Source: Hymenobacteraceae bacterium | GTDB taxonomy: Bacteria > Bacteroidota > Bacteroidia > Cytophagales > Hymenobacteraceae | DNA: 59,335 nucleotides | Assembly: GCA_033838975.1 (NCBI GenBank) | Contig: JAJLKL010000261.1 | Location: forward strand, 1 to 59,335 | Direction: 5' to 3' | Shown: piece after piece, positions 8,800 through 17,177 of the stretch | How the letters are laid out: the number at the start of each line of letters is the position of its first letter | Numbering within the stretch: position 1 is the first letter of the stretch | Position numbers and translations under genes: made by a program | Notes under the pieces: generated by a model | Databases searched by the model: none | The model's input: only the letters and a program-made list of their open reading frames with translations | What the model was told of the DNA's origin: nothing

Positions 8800-9072
8800 C
8801 TACGGTTTTCCCTCCGGTGCTATATTTCGGTATACTGAATTTTTGACTTGTCCGATCACCTCAAATTTGTCAAAAACATACTCCGTGTGGGGAGCGTCTT
8901 TTAATTCTTCCGTCAGGTCCTGGCCGGCCCAGTGCTCGTAGTGGTTCCCTTCGCGCCACAGCCTCGACTTCCGCACGTCGTAGATCAGGCCCTTGTAAGC
9001 CACCCAGACCTCATCCCGGTCCTGCCCGTTGCGCAGAGCCAACTGCTGTAATGTGTACTCTGGTAAAGCCAT
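8800..9072 (-). CDS. Cytochrome b5-like heme/steroid-binding domain protein
   Basis: YT..EL...NG, WVAYKGLIYDV, HWAGQDLT, APH motifs. Confidence 0.9.
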   Translation of the reverse strand: MALPEYTLQQLALRNGQDRDEVWVAYKGLIYDVRKSRLWREGNHYEHWAGQDLTEELKDAPHTEYVFDKFEVIGQVKNSVYRNIAPEGKP

Positions 9073-9076
9073 GTTT

Positions 9077-9219
9077 CAGATTTGCAGATGTGGAAATTTG
9101 TAGGTTTGGAAATTATGAGCCCAATAGGCATTCATACTCAGACAGCGTCAAATATAGCATCCTTCTATTCTAACGCTGTACAATCTTAATCATCTCCAAA
9201 TTTTCAAATCTCCAAATTT
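9077..9219. repeat. Degenerate octamer-periodic inverted repeat enclosing a promoter-like element
   Basis: Left arm ATTTGCAG ATGTGGAA ATTTGTAG GTTTGGAA; right arm ATCTCCAA ATTTTCAA ATCTCCAA ATTT; inner ACAGCGT/ACGCTGT pair; minus-strand TATATTTG at 9149-9156. Confidence 0.65.
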
Positions 9220-9223
9220 ATAA

Positions 9224-10390
9224 TTACCCGATCCTTGCCTGCGTCAGAATCCAGCGGTTGGGCACTTCGCCTTTGATGGCCTGCAGGTAGTCTTCGTAGC
9301 TGCAGGGCACGATGCGACTCCCCTTGTCCTCGGAGAGCGGCTCCACCTCAAGCCACCACTTCTCGCTGCTCTTGCTTTTGTAGAAGATCATCCTGTCCGG
9401 GTTCTCATCAAAGGCCACGGCGTACTTAGTGAAGTTCCTGCTGTTAAAGTTGACCTCATTCTTGCGGTGGTAAAAGCCTTCGATAAAGTACCAGATCATG
9501 GTGGCCACCGTCATGGCGGTGAGCTCGCGGTCGTCCAGCTCAGGGTCATACTCATAGATGCCCAGCGATGTCAGGGTGTCGTTCAGGCCCGCGTACCAGC
9601 AGATTTGGCAAGCCTCCTCGCCGGTTAACCCAAAAGGGTTGGCCGGCTGGTAGCCGGGAGCATCCTGGTGCCGTATGGCCGAGATATCAAAGGTAAGCAG
9701 GTCAGCCACACGCACGACCGGCTCCATTTCCTGCACGTTGCGGTGCACCTCGCCCACACGGTAAGCCTCAAAGTGCAGCTTCTCCAGTGTTGCCATCACC
9801 TCCGGCTCCACCAGGTAAGACTGGTAGCCGATCTGGCCCAGGCTGAAGAGGTAGTTCGGCTCGTGCATCAGAATCTGGCGGAGCTGCTTTTTGTTGGGAG
9901 CCACCTCCGTGTCCTCTGTCATGTCCACACTGCTGTCCACCGTCACCATGTTCACGACGCGCTCCAGGTGCTCATAGCCGAGGTACTGGCCATACTCCAG
10001 GTCATGGGACCCGCCCAGGATAACAGGAATCGTATTGTGCGAAATCAGGACCTCCACAATCTCTTTCAGGCGAAGATACGTATCCTCTAGCGTAATGCCG
10101 GGGCGAAGGTTGCCCAGGTCCACGATCTGGCAGCGGCCACTGCCCTTGAGCAGGCTGTAGAGTTTCTTTCTGATGACGCGTGCCGGTGCCGGAGCTGGGT
10201 TCGGCTCGGGTATATCCTCAGTGTTGCTGCGGCCCCTGGTCTCGTTCACGCCGATCAGCGCGATGTCGGCAGAGCGCCAGTCCGGAAACTTGCTCACGAA
10301 GCGACTGATGTAGGCCCCCAGCGTGCGCGGCTTGCTCAGGGCGGCAAACACATCTTCGTTCAGTGGCTCAAAAAAGATCGAAAGATTCAT
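9224..10390 (-). CDS. Arginase/formimidoylglutamase (ureohydrolase) family protein with degenerate metal motifs
   Basis: DIALIGV, DLGNL, GGSHD, PFGLTGEE, YEYDP motifs; DAHxD is replaced by DSSVD. Confidence 0.85.
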   Translation of the reverse strand: MNLSIFFEPLNEDVFAALSKPRTLGAYISRFVSKFPDWRSADIALIGVNETRGRSNTEDIPEPNPAPAPARVIRKKLYSLLKGSGRCQIVDLGNLRPGITLEDTYLRLKEIVEVLISHNTIPVILGGSHDLEYGQYLGYEHLERVVNMVTVDSSVDMTEDTEVAPNKKQLRQILMHEPNYLFSLGQIGYQSYLVEPEVMATLEKLHFEAYRVGEVHRNVQEMEPVVRVADLLTFDISAIRHQDAPGYQPANPFGLTGEEACQICWYAGLNDTLTSLGIYEYDPELDDRELTAMTVATMIWYFIEGFYHRKNEVNFNSRNFTKYAVAFDENPDRMIFYKSKSSEKWWLEVEPLSEDKGSRIVPCSYEDYLQAIKGEVPNRWILTQARIG

Positions 10391-10627
10391 ACGGGTTTGT
10401 CAGGCTAAACTCAAAAATACTAAAAAAGCGGCTGTTACAGCTGCTTTTGTGCAAAAGTGGCCTTATAAATCTGTTATGCCCTATAAATATCAGTGCTGCT
10501 AAATATTTATGGCGGGCATAGTGGCAGTTTTCGAAAAAAATACATAAAATGCAGTAGTATAGGCCCGGTACGCTGTGTTGAGCTTATTACTGCTAGAAAC
10601 ACGATAGACTCTCAAAACCAATACACC

Positions 10628-12385
10628 ATGAAGATAACCCGAACGCTCGACTTGCTGCCTTACCAGATGCAGCAGTTCCCTCAGCCAGACTGCCTGGCTG
10701 CCAAAGTAAACGGTAAGTGGGAGAAGTACAGTACGCAGGATGTGCAGGACTATGCCAACCGGATAAGCCTTGGCCTTTTACAACTGGGTATTGGCAAAAA
10801 CGATAAAGTTGCCATTATTTCCTTCAACCGTCCGGAGTGGGTGTTTGCTGACTTCGGCATACAGCAGATCGGGGCAATCAGCGTGCCTATGTACCCGACC
10901 ATCACCGTGGAAGACTATCGCTATATCTTCAATGATGCTGAGGTGAAAGCCATCTTCGTGGCCGACAGCACCCTCTATAATAAAGTGGTTGCCGCCACGG
11001 AAGGCATGGAGGGTATAAAGGAGATCTATACGTTTGATGAGGTACACGGGGCCAAGCACTGGAAAGAGGTGATGGAGCTGGGAAGAGGGGGTGATGTGCA
11101 GCAGCTGGAGCCGCTGAAAGCCGCCGTGCAACCTGATGATGTCCTGACGATCATCTACACGTCCGGTACTACAGGCAATCCGAAAGGGGTGATGCTGACA
11201 AACAATAACCTGGTAAGCAACTTTCAGGGAGCTTTCCCTTACGTGCCAGTGAACAACCAGCACCGGGCGCTGAGCTTCCTGCCGCTTTGCCACATTTTTG
11301 AGCGCATGCTGCTGTACCTGTACCTGAGAGCCGGTGTTTCTATCTATTATGCTGAGAGTATAGATAAAGTAGCCGAGAACCTGAAGGAGGTGAAGCCACA
11401 TGTGTTTACCACCGTGCCGCGCCTGCTGGAAAAAGTATACGACAGAATTGTTGCCACAGGTATGGAGCTGACGGGCATCAAGCGCAGGCTGTTCTTCTGG
11501 GCGCTGGAGCTGGGCCTGAAGTATGATACCCAAGCCGATCAGGGCTGGTGGTACAACAAGCAACTGGAGCTGGCCAACAAAATCATCTTCAGTAAGTGGC
11601 GCGAGGCTCTGGGCGGAAACGTGATCGCCATTGTGTCGGGTGGTGCGGCGCTGCAGCCTCGCCTGGCCCGCGTGTTCTGGTCAGCCCAGATACGGGTAAT
11701 GGAGGGCTACGGCCTGACCGAAACCTCCCCGGTGATTGCCGTAAACCGCTACGAGCCTGAAAATAACATGATCGGTACGGTCGGTATGGCCATCGACGGC
11801 GTGGAGATCAGGATCGCTGAAGATGGCGAGATCCTGACGCGCGGCCCGCACGTGATGAAGGGTTACTACAAGAAGCCGGAGCTTACCGAAGAGGTAATTG
11901 ACAAAGATGGCTGGTTCCACACCGGCGATATAGGCGAGATGGTGGAAGGAAAGTACCTGAAGATCACGGATCGTAAGAAGGAGATGTTCAAGACCTCCGG
12001 CGGTAAATACATCGCGCCGCAGCCAATCGAGAACAAGCTGAAGGAGTCGGTGGTGATTGAGCAGGTAATGGTAGTGGGAGCCGGTCAGAAATATGCCGCT
12101 GCCCTGATTGTGCCGTCCTTCCTGGGCTTGCAGGACTGGTGCGCCCACAAGGGTATCAAGTATACCTACGATGAGGATATGATCACCAAACCGGAGGTCA
12201 TCGAGAAATACCAGCGTGAGATAGACAAGGCAAATGAGGGGCTGGCCCAGTATGAAACCATTAAGAAGTTCCGCCTCATCCCTACACTGTGGACGGTGGA
12301 AAGCGGCGAGTTAACCCCTACCCTTAAAGTGAAGCGTAAAAACATCATGACTAACTATAAGGCAGAGATCGACAGCATGTACTAA
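10628..12385 (+). CDS. Long-chain fatty acid-CoA ligase (AMP-binding)
   Basis: IIYTSGTTGNPKG, EGYGLTETSP, GWFHTGD, DRKKE motifs; start set at MKITRT. Confidence 0.93.
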   Translation: MKITRTLDLLPYQMQQFPQPDCLAAKVNGKWEKYSTQDVQDYANRISLGLLQLGIGKNDKVAIISFNRPEWVFADFGIQQIGAISVPMYPTITVEDYRYIFNDAEVKAIFVADSTLYNKVVAATEGMEGIKEIYTFDEVHGAKHWKEVMELGRGGDVQQLEPLKAAVQPDDVLTIIYTSGTTGNPKGVMLTNNNLVSNFQGAFPYVPVNNQHRALSFLPLCHIFERMLLYLYLRAGVSIYYAESIDKVAENLKEVKPHVFTTVPRLLEKVYDRIVATGMELTGIKRRLFFWALELGLKYDTQADQGWWYNKQLELANKIIFSKWREALGGNVIAIVSGGAALQPRLARVFWSAQIRVMEGYGLTETSPVIAVNRYEPENNMIGTVGMAIDGVEIRIAEDGEILTRGPHVMKGYYKKPELTEEVIDKDGWFHTGDIGEMVEGKYLKITDRKKEMFKTSGGKYIAPQPIENKLKESVVIEQVMVVGAGQKYAAALIVPSFLGLQDWCAHKGIKYTYDEDMITKPEVIEKYQREIDKANEGLAQYETIKKFRLIPTLWTVESGELTPTLKVKRKNIMTNYKAEIDSMY

Positions 12386-12440
12386 TGATGCCAGAGTGAA
12401 GGAGGTTAAGTGCCTCTTTAACAGGTGCTAAAGAAGCTTG

Positions 12441-12476
12441 TAACCCTTTCCGATGCAGGAAAGGGTTATTTTTTTG
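12441..12476 (+). terminator. Intrinsic terminator
   Basis: TAACCCTTTCC-loop-GGAAAGGGTTA followed by a T-run. Confidence 0.85.
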
Positions 12477-12603
12477 TCTCTTTCACACTTTCTTAAGGTA
12501 TAGCAAATCCCATCCGGCAGTTTACAGTATAACTATATCTGTAACAATTTTTGAGGCGCCCTCAGATAAGCAGATGTGTGGGGAGGTAAATTTTTGGTTA
12601 AAA

Positions 12604-12637
12604 TAGTATGCAAGCATAACAATTATTTTTATATTTG
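12604..12637 (+). promoter_or_regulatory. Putative MarR operator and -7 element of the fad operon
   Basis: Palindrome TATGC-AA-GCATA (12607-12618) just upstream of TATATTTG (12630-12637). Confidence 0.55.
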
Positions 12638-12653
12638 GTATACACCATTATTA

Positions 12654-13091
12654 ATGATGAAGCCAGAAGAAACAGTAGACTATAACTTTAAAGTATGTTG
12701 GCACGCCATCTCGCGCATGTACAATGCCGAGGCGGTGCAGAATGATATTACCACCTCCATCGGGTTCGTGCTGCTCAACATAGACCAGCAGGCCGGTACC
12801 CCGGCCACCAAGATCGCCCCCTTGCTGGGACTGGAGGCCCGCAGCCTGACCCGCATCCTCAAGAGTATGGAGGAGAAGAACCTCATCTACAAACTATCCG
12901 ACCCCAATGACAAACGCCTGGTGCGCATCTTTTTGACAGAGAAGGGGCTGGAGAAGAAGGAGGTAGCCCGGCATACCGTGAAGCACTTTAACAACAAGGT
13001 GCGGCAGGAGGTACCGCAGGAGGAGCTGGATGTATTCTTTAAGGTGTGTGGCCGTATTCTAGGCATGATAGAAAGTAAAGAAATCTTTTAA
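12654..13091 (+). CDS. MarR family transcriptional regulator
   Basis: wHTH with LTRILKSMEEKNLI...DKR...LTEKG signature; start moved downstream of the -7 box. Confidence 0.92.
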   Translation: MMKPEETVDYNFKVCWHAISRMYNAEAVQNDITTSIGFVLLNIDQQAGTPATKIAPLLGLEARSLTRILKSMEEKNLIYKLSDPNDKRLVRIFLTEKGLEKKEVARHTVKHFNNKVRQEVPQEELDVFFKVCGRILGMIESKEIF

Positions 13092-13115
13092 CCCATAGAC
13101 AACCAAAGCTATTCT

Positions 13116-15518
13116 ATGAAAAGAATAATCAAGAAAGTAGCGGTGCTCGGCTCCGGGGTGATGGGCTCCCGAATTGCCTGTCACTTTGCCAACATTGGAG
13201 TGCAGGTGCTGCTGCTCGACATCGTCCCGAGAGAGCTGACGCCGGACGAAGAGAAAAAGGGCCTGACCCTGGAGAATAAAAATGTCCGCAACCGCATTGT
13301 AAACAGTGCACTGCAGGCAGCTATCAAGTCAAACCCTTCGCCGCTATACCGTAAGTCTGACGCCCACCTGATACAGACCGGTAACTTCGAAGATAACATG
13401 AAGGACATCGCCACCGCCGACTGGACCATTGAGGTGGTGGTGGAGAACCTGAAGATAAAGAAACAGGTGTTTGAGCAGGTGGAGCAGCACCGCAAGCAGG
13501 GCACCCTCATCACCTCCAACACTTCCGGCATTCCGATCCACATGATGCTGGAGGGCCGCTCCGACGATTTCAAGAAGCACTTCTGCGGCACGCACTTCTT
13601 TAACCCGCCACGCTACCTTAAGCTGCTGGAGATCATCCCGACCAAGGAAACGGACCAGGAGGTTATAAACTTCCTGATGCACTACGGCGACCTGTACCTG
13701 GGCAAAACCACGGTACTGGCCAAGGATACACCGGCCTTTATTGCCAACCGTGTGGGCATTTACGCCATTATGCAGGGCCTGCAGGTGATGAACAAGCTGG
13801 GCCTGACGGTAGACGAGGTGGACAAGATCACCGGCCCGGTCATCGGCCGTCCGAAGTCAGCCACCTTCCGCACCCTGGACGTGGTTGGTCTGGATACCCT
13901 GGCCAATGTGGCCAACGGGCTGTACCAGACCGGGGAGAAGGACGAGTCTAGGGAGCTGTTCAAGCTGCCGGACTACCTGCAGAAAATGGTGGAGAACAAG
14001 TGGTTGGGTGATAAAACCGGCCAGGGCTTCTACAAAAAGACAAAAGACGCGAAAGGTAAAACTGAGATCCTGACGCTGGACCTGGAAACGCTGGAGTACG
14101 GGCCGAAGCAGAAGGTAAAGTTCCAGAGCCTGGAGGCGCTGAAGCCTATCGAGGACCTGAAGAAGCGCATCAAGGCCTTCTCGATGCAGGAGGACAAAGC
14201 CGCCAGATTCTTCAACGAGTCGCTGTACGGCCTATTCCAGTACGTAAGCAACCGCATTCCGGAGATATCGGATGAGCTGTACCGCATCGACGATGCCATG
14301 CGTGCCGGCTTCGGCTGGGAGCTGGGTCCGTTTGAGTACTGGGATGCCATCGGGGCCCGCGAAGGCGTGCAGCGCATGATCGAGGCGGGGTATGAGCCGG
14401 CACCGTGGGTAGAGGAGATGCTGAACCACGGCAAGGAGGCCTTCTACATTGTGGAGAACGGTACCCGCCGCTACTACGACATCCGAAGCAAAGAATACAA
14501 AGCCATACCGGGCGCCGAGAACTTCATCATCTTGGATAACCTGCGCGGCAGCAAGGTTGTTTGGAAGAATAGCGGCGCCACGCTCACCGACCTGGGCGAC
14601 GGCATCCTGAACGTGGAGTTCCACACGAAGATGAACACCATTGGCGGTGACGTGGTGGCTGGCCTGAACAAGGGCATAGAGATAGCGGAGAAGGAGTTCA
14701 GAGGCATGGTAGTCGGCAACGACGCGGCCAACTTCTCGGCCGGTGCCAACGTGGCGCTGATCTACATGTACGCCCTGGAGCAGGAGTATGACGAGATCAA
14801 CTTCATGATCAAGCAGTTCCAGGACACGATGATGCGCATGCGCTACTCGGCTATTCCGGTAGTGGGCGCGCCGCACGGCCTGACGCTGGGCGGTGGCTGC
14901 GAGCTGAACCTGCACTGCGACCACGTACAGGCGGCCGCCGAGACTTACATGGGTCTGGTGGAGTTTGGCGTAGGCCTGATTCCGGGCGGTGGCGGTACAA
15001 AGGAGATGACCATGCGTGCCGCTGACATGTATGCCGATGGCGATATCGAGTACAACGACCTGAAGAACGTGTTCCTGACTATCGGTATGGCTAAAGTGTC
15101 TACCTCTGCCAAGGAAGCCATTGACCTGGGCTATATGCGCAAGAGCGACGGCATCACCATCAACAGCAACCGCCTCATAGCCGATGCCAAAGCACATGCT
15201 ATCATGCTGGCAGAGGCTGGCTATACCAAACCGGTACAGCGCACTAACATCAAGGTGCAGGGTAAAGGCGCGTTGGGTATGTTTATGACGGGAGCCAACG
15301 CCATGTATACCGGCCGCTATATCTCGGAGCATGATAAGAAAATCTCTGAGAAGCTGGCTTATGTGATGTGCGGCGGTGATTTGTCGGCCCCAACCGAGGT
15401 AAGCGAGCAGTACCTGCTGGACCTGGAGCGTGAGGCCTTCCTGTCTTTGACAGGGGAGCGCAAGACACTGGAGCGCATCCAGAGCATCCTGACCACAGGC
15501 AAGCCGCTGAGAAACTAG
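13116..15518 (+). CDS. fadN: 3-hydroxyacyl-CoA dehydrogenase / enoyl-CoA hydratase fusion
   Basis: GSGVMG Rossmann motif, SNTSG, HFFNPPRY, C-terminal crotonase domain (FSAGAN, LGGGCE, GLVE.GVGLIP). Confidence 0.93.
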   Translation: MKRIIKKVAVLGSGVMGSRIACHFANIGVQVLLLDIVPRELTPDEEKKGLTLENKNVRNRIVNSALQAAIKSNPSPLYRKSDAHLIQTGNFEDNMKDIATADWTIEVVVENLKIKKQVFEQVEQHRKQGTLITSNTSGIPIHMMLEGRSDDFKKHFCGTHFFNPPRYLKLLEIIPTKETDQEVINFLMHYGDLYLGKTTVLAKDTPAFIANRVGIYAIMQGLQVMNKLGLTVDEVDKITGPVIGRPKSATFRTLDVVGLDTLANVANGLYQTGEKDESRELFKLPDYLQKMVENKWLGDKTGQGFYKKTKDAKGKTEILTLDLETLEYGPKQKVKFQSLEALKPIEDLKKRIKAFSMQEDKAARFFNESLYGLFQYVSNRIPEISDELYRIDDAMRAGFGWELGPFEYWDAIGAREGVQRMIEAGYEPAPWVEEMLNHGKEAFYIVENGTRRYYDIRSKEYKAIPGAENFIILDNLRGSKVVWKNSGATLTDLGDGILNVEFHTKMNTIGGDVVAGLNKGIEIAEKEFRGMVVGNDAANFSAGANVALIYMYALEQEYDEINFMIKQFQDTMMRMRYSAIPVVGAPHGLTLGGGCELNLHCDHVQAAAETYMGLVEFGVGLIPGGGGTKEMTMRAADMYADGDIEYNDLKNVFLTIGMAKVSTSAKEAIDLGYMRKSDGITINSNRLIADAKAHAIMLAEAGYTKPVQRTNIKVQGKGALGMFMTGANAMYTGRYISEHDKKISEKLAYVMCGGDLSAPTEVSEQYLLDLEREAFLSLTGERKTLERIQSILTTGKPLRN

Positions 15519-15552
15519 GAACTATAGCATCAACTATAAAAGAGCATCAAAA

Positions 15553-16731
15553 ATGAACAATGCATATATCGTAGCCGGATTTCGTAGCGCCGTGGGCAAG
15601 GCCCCGCGTGGGGTGTTCCGGTTCACTAGACCTGATGACCTGGCTGCTGACGTCATCAAGCACTTAATAAGTACGGTGCCTGCCCTGGACCCGGAGCGCG
15701 TGGACGACCTGATCGTGGGGAACGCCGTGCCGGAGGCGGAGCAGGGCCTGCAGATCGGCAGGATGATCTCCCTGCTGTCGCTGCCGATGTCTGTTTCCGG
15801 TATGACGGTGAACCGCTACTGCGGCTCCGGCCTGGAAACCATTGCCATTGCAGCGAACCGCATCTCGGCAGGTATGGCCGACTGCATCATTGCGGGTGGT
15901 ACGGAGTCTATGTCGATGGTGCCGACGGCCGGCTGGAAGACTGTGCCCAACTACAAGATCGCCAGCAAAAACCCGGATTGGTACCTGAGCATGGGCTTAA
16001 CAGCCGAGGCCGTGGCCAACGATTACAAGGTTTCACGTGAAGACCAGGACGAGTTTGCGCTGAAGTCGCACCAGAAGGCGCTCAACGCCATCGAGAAAGG
16101 CTACTTCAAGGAGCAGATCGTGCCCATCACGGTAGAGGAGACTTACCTGGATGAGAATGGCAAGAAGAAGACAAAATCTTACGTGGTGGATACCGACGAG
16201 GGCCCACGTGCCGACACCTCGCTGGAGGCGCTGGCCCGCCTGAAGCCGGTGTTTGCTGCCGGTGGCTCGGTTACGGCCGGTAACTCCTCGCAAACATCCG
16301 ACGGGGCCGCCTTTGTTATCGTCATGAGCGAGCGCATGGTGAAGGAGCTGAACCTGGAGCCGATCGCGCGCCTGGTAAGCTATGCCACGGGTGGCGTAGA
16401 TCCGCGCATCATGGGTATGGGACCGATCGCGGCCGTGCCGAAAGCCCTGAAAATGGCGGGCATGTCGCTCAACGACATCGACCTGATCGAGATGAACGAG
16501 GCCTTTGCCGCACAGTCCATTGCCGTTATGCGCCACCTGGACTTCGATCCGGACAAATTGAATGTGAACGGCGGGGCCATCGCACTTGGTCACCCGCTGG
16601 GCTGCTCGGGCGCTAAACTTTCTGTTCAGCAGTTCCACGAGCTTCGCCGCCTCGGCAAGAAGCACGGTTTGGTGACTGCCTGTGTAGGCGGTGGCCAGGG
16701 AGTGGCCGGTATTTATGAGCTTCTGAAGTAG
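15553..16731 (+). CDS. fadA: Acetyl-CoA C-acyltransferase (thiolase)
   Basis: NRYCGSG, NEAFA, GGAIALGHPLG, CVGGGQG motifs. Confidence 0.95.
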   Translation: MNNAYIVAGFRSAVGKAPRGVFRFTRPDDLAADVIKHLISTVPALDPERVDDLIVGNAVPEAEQGLQIGRMISLLSLPMSVSGMTVNRYCGSGLETIAIAANRISAGMADCIIAGGTESMSMVPTAGWKTVPNYKIASKNPDWYLSMGLTAEAVANDYKVSREDQDEFALKSHQKALNAIEKGYFKEQIVPITVEETYLDENGKKKTKSYVVDTDEGPRADTSLEALARLKPVFAAGGSVTAGNSSQTSDGAAFVIVMSERMVKELNLEPIARLVSYATGGVDPRIMGMGPIAAVPKALKMAGMSLNDIDLIEMNEAFAAQSIAVMRHLDFDPDKLNVNGGAIALGHPLGCSGAKLSVQQFHELRRLGKKHGLVTACVGGGQGVAGIYELLK

Positions 16732-16736
16732 CGATG

Positions 16737-16762
16737 CACGTAGCACGACACAAGACACACGA
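16737..16762. repeat. Left arm of heptamer-periodic inverted repeat flanking the four-helix-bundle gene
   Basis: CACGTAG CACGACA CAAGACA CACGA; 16751-16762 is the exact reverse complement of 17125-17136. Confidence 0.85.
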
Positions 16763-16768
16763 TTTAAA

Positions 16769-17137
16769 ATGCATTACTTCAAAGAGCTACGAGTGTGGAA
16801 AGAGGCAATAGAGCTGGCTAAGTTAGTTTATAAAGCCACAGCTCTTTTCCCGCAGGATGAACGGTATGGATTGAAGTCGCAGATTAATCGTGCTGTTGTG
16901 TCAGTCCCCTCTAACATAGCAGAGGGAGCGGGTCGAGGTTCAGACAAGGAGTTTGCTCAGTTTCTGAAGGTCGCTTTAGGATCTGCTTTCGAGCTGGAAA
17001 CACAATTAATTTTAGCTGAGTCTTTCGGTTTCATCAGAGAAACAGTGTGCTCAGACCTGACACAAAAGAATGAAGGCGTACAAAAGATGCTGAATGGCTT
17101 TGTCAACATGCTTGAAAAGAAAAGTCGTGTGTCTTGA
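16769..17137 (+). CDS. Four helix bundle protein (23S rRNA-IVP/Avd-like family)
   Basis: FKELRVWKEA..L...Y, FP..ERYGL.SQINRA.VSVPSNIAEG.GR, FL.VA.GS..ELETQL family signature; 122 aa; more AT-ending codons than flanking fad genes. Confidence 0.93.
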   Translation: MHYFKELRVWKEAIELAKLVYKATALFPQDERYGLKSQINRAVVSVPSNIAEGAGRGSDKEFAQFLKVALGSAFELETQLILAESFGFIRETVCSDLTQKNEGVQKMLNGFVNMLEKKSRVS

Positions 17138-17154
17138 TACGTGATACTTGATAC
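17125..17154. repeat. Right arm of heptamer-periodic inverted repeat, overlapping the stop codon
   Basis: TCGTGTG TCTTGAT ACGTGAT ACTTGAT AC. Confidence 0.85.
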
Positions 17155-17177
17155 AACTATAAGAAACTAGAATAACA

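Noticed and set aside
9077-9219. Classical Bacteroides-type invertible promoter
   Set aside because: The arms are degenerate rather than perfect IRs and no site-specific recombinase is in the window; kept only as a testable possibility.
14232-15332. 366-aa antisense ORF, and similar long antisense ORFs at 5801-6499, 10778-11563, 16033-16758, 50811-51473 and 52497-53219
   Set aside because: They lie wholly or almost wholly opposite well-supported genes and are typical shadow ORFs of GC-biased codon usage, with no motifs.
16769-17137. Diversity-generating retroelement suggested by the Avd-like fold
   Set aside because: No reverse transcriptase and no template/variable repeat pair visible in the window.
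16769-17137. 23S rRNA intervening sequence
   Set aside because: The flanks are fadA and fadE; there is no rRNA sequence here.
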